Of a DNA stretch of 64,000 bases, positions 56,523-64,000 are shown one piece after another. The stretch is taken from NCBI GenBank assembly GCA_951406725.2, contig OX597831.1, positions 28,644,001 through 28,708,000 on the forward strand, read 5' to 3'. Within the stretch, counting starts at the first letter, position 1. Every line of letters starts with the position of its first letter. The position numbers and the translations under genes are program-made. Source of the stretch: Octopus vulgaris. Its lineage: Eukaryota. The notes beneath the pieces were generated by a model. It saw only the letters and a list, made by a program, of their open reading frames with translations, searched no databases and was not told the origin of the DNA.

Positions 56523-56974
56523 GGTGATAGTTGTGATGATGACGATGATGAATGTGGTGGTGATGGGGATAATGGTGGTGGCGAGAATGTTGTCGGTTGT
56601 GATGGGGATGGTGATGATGATGATAATAATGATGATAACGATGATAATGATGATGATGACGATAATGATAATGAAAAAGTGGGAGAGGAGGAGGAGGAGG
56701 AAGGGACGATGATGATGGTGATGACAGTGGTTGTGACGAAGTGATGATGATGGTGATGAAAATGGTGATGGTGTGGCGGTTTGAGTTAGTGGTGGAGGTT
56801 GTGATGATAGGACTGGTATTTTGGTGGTGGTGGTGGTCGTCGTTGTCGTGGTGATGGTGAGGAGGAGGAGGAGAAAGATTTTTCTTCATTTGATGTAAAC
56901 ATAACAAAGACACGAGTGTTTCAACCAGATTTCTCTAAATTTAAAAGAACATATGCACAAGCACACACACACAC

Positions 56975-57014
<40 letters not shown>

Positions 57015-57411
57015 CTATACATGTATACGGATTCTCACACACACACATATATGCATGTATAGAAACACACACACAAATACACAAATACACACACGTGCAC
57101 GCTCAAACACACTGATATCTCTCACTTAATTAATATAGTGACTGTGATATCACAACAGGAAGACCTACATCAGTCACAGTATTATATTATACTAAACTTG
57201 TTTAGTTGGCATTTTAGCTTCACTATAATCCAAAACCAAACGAACAGACACATTGAGAAAATGGTTGGATTGAATATTTAGATAACACTTTACAGTTCTG
57301 CTTTTACATAAACAATACACACACATTAATATATATATTAATATATATATTAATATATAGCTCAAATATTTTTTCCTCTGTCTTCCCTTCTTGGGATCTT
57401 TCCTTCTCCTT

Positions 57412-57446
57412 GTTTCCGACGAAGAGCTCCGCTCGAAACGTTAAAC
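57412..57446 (+). ncRNA. Minimal type I hammerhead in a family P-related element (57355-57520)
   Basis: gttt-CCGACGA-a-gagc tcc gctc-GAAA-cg-TT-aaac: all stems pair, palindromic acgt stem III, U4C variant, GUU triplet. Confidence 0.75.
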
Positions 57447-57516
57447 CCTCCTTCCCTTCTTTCCTGAGCGTCAATAATACTTTAATTGTTCTGTGTTTTC
57501 TTGTTTGGATTAACTT

Positions 57517-57607
<91 letters not shown>

Positions 57608-57769
57608 ATACACATTCTAGCCAACATATTATTAATACCCTTATCCTAAACATCTCAGTCGTTTCCAACTTTCGACTAATGAAGAACCATTTCACTATAA
57701 TAATGAGTCCTTTGGTCAAAAACTTCTTCAGAAATAAAATCTCCTGCGTAACTATCCTTAGCTCTCAAC

Positions 57770-58275
57770 CTAATGAAAGCAAGATAGAAAAAGAAAACAC
57801 GGCCTGGTACTCACACATGTTTAATATTATAGTCACTTCTCCTTTGGCTTATATCGTTTTTAAATACCTTATGATGCATTTTCTTATAAGCCATCAAAGC
57901 TTTGAATTACGAGTAAATTTTAGCGTCAGACTTAGATTATATTTAGCTCGTTATAGCAGGTCTAAACTTAGTAAACAGAACCAACTCGGGCAACTTCACT
58001 GATCTCAACAGCTACCTCCAGAATATCACTTCGTAACCTAAGATATTGTGCCCCAATAACAACTTAAAATTTATGTCCACAAACCCGTTTAAATCAAGAT
58101 TTTATTTGCACGTACATTCCTTTCAATACCATGGCGGAACCCAACAGACTCTTTTGGCTTCATAAATTCGATCGAAGAATGCGTAATTAAAACCTTACAA
58201 TCTTAAATGAAGTATAGTTCTTCGTGCTAAAGTGCGTAAGATGAATAATATTCGTTGTAATTTTCGTGCCCATAT
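57770..58275 (+). pseudogene. Decayed Penelope-like element C-terminus (linker plus GIY-YIG endonuclease region)
   Basis: ENTAWYSHMFNIIVTSPLAYIVFKYLMMHFLISHQ resembles the I.W.NPP...V......F..L...HF...H linker. From 58073: STNPFKSRFYLHVHSF....QTLLAS*I......YNLK*SIVLRAK......RCNF resembles FK.R...H..SF...T.LS..IW....I.W.I...A......C.LC. Confidence 0.6.
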
Positions 58276-58643
58276 TCTTTTGACAAAGATTACTCGGCTG
58301 CCATTGAGAAAATGTAGTAAATTACATTTACTGAGCATTTAAGTCAAATATTTATTACAAACCATCTATCTTCCCATATCACTTACAATGGCTTATACAT
58401 CTATGTGTGTACGTATATCAGTTCGTATGCTTACACAAAATTCTTTTATTTCATTCATAAAGTAGATCACGTTTCTTGATTTATTTCCGAGCGAAATAGC
58501 TTTCTACCGTTACCATTATTAACGGTTGTAAATCTATCAACTCTGCGTTATGTAGTTATTAGTGCATTCACTTGTCGTAAATTGTAACAGGCACAATAAT
58601 ATGGGCATTATTATTACTGATGATGGTAATAATAATAAGAACG

Positions 58644-58680
<37 letters not shown>

Positions 58681-58730
58681 CAACAACAACAACAATAATA
58701 ATAATAATAATAATAATAGTAATAATAATA

Positions 58731-58797
<67 letters not shown>

Positions 58798-58867
58798 TAA
58801 TAATAATAGTAATAATAATAACAATGATAATAATAATAACACTAATGATGGTAATAATGATAAATAT

Positions 58868-59086
58868 AATGGTTTCAAATTTTGGCACAATGCCAGCAAT
58901 TTCGAGGAAAGGGTAAAGTCGATTGCATGAACCCCAGTGTCCAAATAGTATTTATTTTATTGAACCCCGAAGGGATGAAAGGCAAAGTGGAGCTCCGCAG
59001 AATTTGAACTCAGAATGTGAAGCCGGGCGAAATGCAATGTCACTAAACCTTTTTGCCCGACGTGCTAAGGATTCTTCCAGCACGCC

Positions 59087-59134
<48 letters not shown>

Positions 59135-59462
59135 CCTTTCTACAATAGGCACAAAGACTGAAATACGTAGGACAACTTCTTTCATTATTGTGTCCTCCGT
59201 CCTTGCGTGCTGAGTTCAAATTCCACCGAGGTCGGCTTTGCCTTTCATCCCCAGTGAGGTCCATGAAATAAGTACCAGTTCAACTCTGGGGTTTATTCTC
59301 TCACCGGAATTGCTGACTTTGTGCCAAAATTTGAAACTAGCATTTTAAAACGGTGAACAGGCAGAATCTTTAGCACTCCAGGCAAAATACCTAGCGGCAT
59401 TTCGTCCGTTTTTACGTTCTGAGTTCAAATCCCGCCGAGGTCAACTTTGCCTTTCCTCTTTC
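58868..59462. mobile_element. Cluster of family C SINE pieces on both strands with (AAT)n tails
   Basis: 58868-59087 on -; 59205-59340 and 59348-59460 on + (gagttcaaat.cc.ccgaggtc..ctttgcctttc). Confidence 0.78.
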
Positions 59463-59571
59463 TGGATTTTTCATCAAGTTCCCGTGCGAATTTAAAATCT
59501 TCCTTGACAATAGAATGCGACTCTTTGCTTTCATGTTCGCACACAAGCCGCAGCATCCTGTCCTTTGTATT

Positions 59572-59977
59572 CTCTTTTTACTCTCTTTTACTCTTTTACT
59601 TGTTTCAGCCACTGGACTGCGGCCATGCTGGAGCACCGCCTGTAGTCGAGCAAATCGACCCCAGGACTTATTCGTTGTAAGCCTAGTACTTATTCTATCG
59701 GTCTCTTTTGTCGAACCGCTAAGTTACGTTGACGTAAATACACCACCATCTGTTGTCAAGCTGGGTGGACAAACACAGACACACAAACATATACACACAT
59801 ACACATATACATATACATATATACGACGGGCTTATTTCAGTTTCTGTCTACCAAATCCACTCGAAAGGCTTTGGTCGGCCCAAGGCTATTGTAGAAGACA
59901 CTTGCCCAAGGTGCCACGCAGTGGGACTGAACCCGGAACCATGTGGTTGGTAAGCAAGCTACTTACCACACAGCCAC
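59572..59977 (-). mobile_element. Family A SINE
   Basis: rc tail (ctctttta)n cttgtttcag, rc head ttaccacacagccact. Confidence 0.9.
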
Positions 59978-60692
59978 TAGTTAAGTACCTATTCATTCCT
60001 ATAGTCGAGGTTTTATAGCAGAGATCTAATTGCATCATTCTTCTCCCATTGCTTCTAGGCATTTCTTCCGACTTTACGTTCAGAGTTCAAATACCGCAGA
60101 GGTCGACTCTCCCTTATACCCTTTCGGGTGTAAAAGATAAGACGTAAGGATATGTCTTGACCTCGTCTTGAATACCGTTGATCATGTCTGACCAAGGGTT
60201 AAACAACAACACCAATAACCAGGATGAGATTCGAGCTTGCAACCTTATGATTTGGAAGTTTGATGGATGCCTTTTATGTTTCCTACAGGGGCAACGAAAA
60301 GATGTGGCACCGGATTATGTTTTTGACAGACCCCTGAGGAAGGTCACCTCGTTCATTTTAGGGCGGTGATCTCTTTTTTTTATGTATCCCAGCAGTCATT
60401 GCGAAATGTCAAAGTCGTCAGTCGTTATTTTCAATATTCATGATTTCCTTAATCACCCATCACCTCCTTCTCATTCTCTTCTCTCTGTACAAAATCCCAC
60501 ACTTACTTCTATTTTCTTCTACGACTGTCTTACATTCCTCTGGATCTCTCCGTCTTTTTTGCTTCCATCATTATCATCCACTCTTTCACTATTCTCTATT
60601 TCTTTCGTTCTCTCTCAATTCTGCTGTCTCTAAATTTCAACTACTCTCTGTCTGTCTGTATGTCTCTGTCACTGCCGGCCTGCCTGTCTGTT

Positions 60693-60748
<56 letters not shown>

Positions 60749-60750
60749 CC

Positions 60751-60816
<66 letters not shown>

Positions 60817-61172
60817 GTTGCTTTTCACACCTCTGTCAAACAAACCTCTCCGTATGTCTAGCAAATTGCATGACCGCGTAGCGGTTCCTTTGCAAGTCGC
60901 TCTATAGTGCAATTTATAACGGGAGAGGTAAACAGGCGTACGGTGTATGTGTGTATATGTGTGAGTGTCTATATGTCTATGTGTGAGAGAAAGAGAGATA
61001 ATGTTGGTGTGATATGCATATAAAAACACATGCATACCAACATTCACATGCCCATATACACACTTACACACTTAAGCACACACATATACATACATATATA
61101 TATGCATATGTATGTATGTTTGTATGTATATATATAAATATATATACGTATATACTTAAATGTATGTATGTA

Positions 61173-61215
<43 letters not shown>

Positions 61216-61236
61216 GCATGTATATATATATGTGTA

Positions 61237-61285
<49 letters not shown>

Positions 61286-61784
61286 ATATATATATATATG
61301 CATATATATGCATATATGGATATACATGTATATGTGTGTGTGCATATATGTATATATATATATGAGTATGTGTGTGTGTGTATTATAATGTCGTTATCAT
61401 GTGCTGTAAAACATATCCACTCGTTTTTAGTCAATACTCTATGTTACAATAACGATATACATATGTGTATACACACAATATTTGTATATATATGCAATGT
61501 TCATAGTCTGAAAAATAACGAACAGGTGCATATGTTGCATGTTTGCACATATGTAATTGTATAGAGACAGAATGTTTACATTTGCCGTAACATAAAATGT
61601 TGGCCAGACTTGTCTATAGCAATGTTTTTCAATACATTACACAGATATGTTTTACGGTACATTTTCTATTACATCAAAACGAAACACAGTCGATTCACCA
61701 GGAATTTAATATTCGAACTGGCTTTCAAGAACGTATTAAATATGCAAATTACACTATCTGTTTTACGTTAGCCATTAATATCGT

Positions 61785-62195
61785 TTCAAATTGTGGCTTT
61801 GTCCAGAAATTTAATGGGTTAGTCGATCACATCACCCCAGTATTCAATTTGTGTTTATTTTATTGACTCCGAAGGAAGAAAATGCAAAATTAATCGGTGA
61901 AGTTTTAATCCAGAACCTAAAGAGCTGGGGGGTTGGTTTCAAATTTTGGCACAAGGCCAGCAATTTCGGGTCGGACGATAAGTCGATTACATCAACCCCA
62001 GTATGTAACTGGTGCTTATTTTATTGACACCGAAAGGATGAAAAGAAAAGTCGGCCTCGGCGGAATTTGAACTCGGGACGTAAAGACTGACGAAATACCG
62101 CTAAGCATTCTGCCAGTTCGCCGCCTTAGAGCCGGAAGAAAAGTTGCTAAGCATTTTGTTCGACTCGCTAATGATTTTATCAGCTCGCCGTCTTA
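61785..62195 (-). mobile_element. Nested family C SINEs (younger 61933-62128 inside an older copy)
   Basis: Two runs of gtttcaaatt.tggc...gtcgat.acatca.ccccagta; the older copy resumes at agagccggaag (62128). Confidence 0.75.
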
Positions 62196-62946
62196 TAAGC
62201 GGTAGGTTTGTGGATTAAGGAAGTTAAACAGCTGCTGATGAAGCTCCAGAGTTGGTATATACGGCAATATGCAGCTGTGTTTGTACATATTTTGTACATA
62301 ACCATAATGTTTTACAATTATTACAACGTTCCGTGTTGACTAAAACAAAATCTATAGATACGCGATATGCCCTGCAGTATATCATAACAAGAAAATGAAG
62401 CTCCTTTAAGCCGCTACCAATCTAATAAACATTTGTGTGCTCAAAGCGATGTAAGATATTATCAAGTCGATTAAAATTATGTTGAACAAGTTCTTTTTAC
62501 ATAAACGTAGGTTCCCATGGCAGCGATGATATATATGACCTTGTAGGTCTTTATATCTTAGAAGTACTCACTAAGAAATTTGCGACGACAGATTCTGTCC
62601 TTCACTGCCACACCGGGTTAACTATGATAAAAAGCATTAACTATCATGTTTGAGAAAAATAAATCAAGACAACACACACATATCTATCACTTTCTTCTTT
62701 AAAAGAACTATAGCCGTTAATCCTTACCTAGAGCTGTGTTGATGTGACAATCGATTTAACAACTAGCTTACATAAACGTTTCAGAAAGCCAAGCAAATAA
62801 CTTCCTTATATGAATGTAGTATCCGGTAACGACATCTCCGCTTAATTCTTAAGAAGCTCATGAATAATATTAGGAGAGCAATTTCCAGTTTGTCATCTAA
62901 AAAGCTCAACGCCATTCTTTTAAAAATGCTAATAGTTTATTACTCT

Positions 62947-63266
62947 GTGGAGGCGCAATGGCCCAGTGGTTAGGGCAGCGGATTCGCGGTCGGAGGATCG
63001 CGGTTTCGATTCCAAGACCGGACGTTGTGTGTGTTTATTGAGCGAAAACACATAAAAGCTCCTCGAGTCTCCGGCAGGGGTTCGTTATGACCCCTGTTGT
63101 ATTCTTTCGCCACAACTTTCTCTCACTCTCTCTTCCTGTTTCTTGAGTAACGCTGCGATGGACTAGCGTCCCGTCCAGCTGGTGGGGGGGGGGACACATA
63201 CGCCACAGAAACCAGAAAACCGGGCCCCATGAGCCTGGCTAGGCTTGAAAAGGGCGACGTTTATCG
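62947..63266 (+). mobile_element. Family D SINE with a 10-bp TSD
   Basis: Head ggaggcgcaatggcccagtggttaggg; direct repeat ttattactct at 62937-62946 and 63267-63276. Confidence 0.9.
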
Positions 63267-63379
63267 TTATTACTCTACATCTATATCATCCACTATATTT
63301 TGATATAACGCGATACAGACTCAAACATACACACGCGCGCGCGCGCACACACACACGCACACACATGTATATATACATA

Positions 63380-63505
63380 TTCTTTTATTCTTTTACTTGT
63401 TTCAGTCTGCAGCCATGCTGGAGCAACGCCTCTAGTCGAACAAATCGACTTCAGAACTTATTCTTTGTAAGCCTAGTACTTATTCTATCGGTCTCTTTTG
63501 CCGAC
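63380..63505 (-). mobile_element. Family A SINE 3' fragment
   Basis: ttcttttacttgtttcagtc...gtaagcctagtacttattctatcggtctcttttgccga. Confidence 0.85.
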
Positions 63506-63598
63506 ACAAACGTATATATTTTTATTAATACTTAGTTGAGGCAACAGAATGATTCAAGGGCCAAGAGTTTCGTACGTCAGCACTTATCAAGCCTATAA

Positions 63599-63665
<67 letters not shown>

Positions 63666-63748
63666 TATGTATGTATTATGTATGTACACACATATAACTA
63701 CATATATAAGTCTCTGTAAACATATGTATCTATCTATACATACGTACA

Positions 63749-63810
<62 letters not shown>

Positions 63811-63963
63811 CATATAATATTTTCATAAACAAATCTGAAAGGAACAGTGTAAGCGTCAATTTGTGGGTTCGATTCACCCTGCGGTAAGCATATCATTTTT
63901 CGGTCATTTGTTTATATTTAAAAATTGTCGCTTCAAATCGGAGAAAAAATATTATTATGATGT

Positions 63964-64000
<37 letters not shown>

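Overview
Eukaryotic, AT-rich, microsatellite-saturated intergenic or intronic DNA. The SINE repertoire and repeat texture strongly suggest an octopus/coleoid cephalopod genome (inference). I can support no intact protein-coding gene: nearly all of the supplied ORF track is translated microsatellite. The window holds dozens of tRNA-headed SINE copies in about four families with shuffled modules, and decayed non-LTR retrotransposon fragments (CRE-type restriction-like endonuclease, RTE-type 5' and 3' ends, Penelope-type GIY-YIG region). The main discovery is an RNA-level system. A young, near-identical tandem array of a ~491-bp unit (21063-23321) carries a type I hammerhead ribozyme on the minus strand in each full unit. 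That ribozyme has an unusually long G.U-rich stem-II insertion, and the array ends in an inverted half-ribozyme, i.e. a retrozyme-like or Penelope-dependent element. About ten further minimal, variant or degenerate hammerhead motifs and several snap-back palindromes sit in (TA)n microsatellites, pointing to many non-autonomous Penelope-like families. Most SINE/LINE boundaries were read by eye and may be off by several bases.
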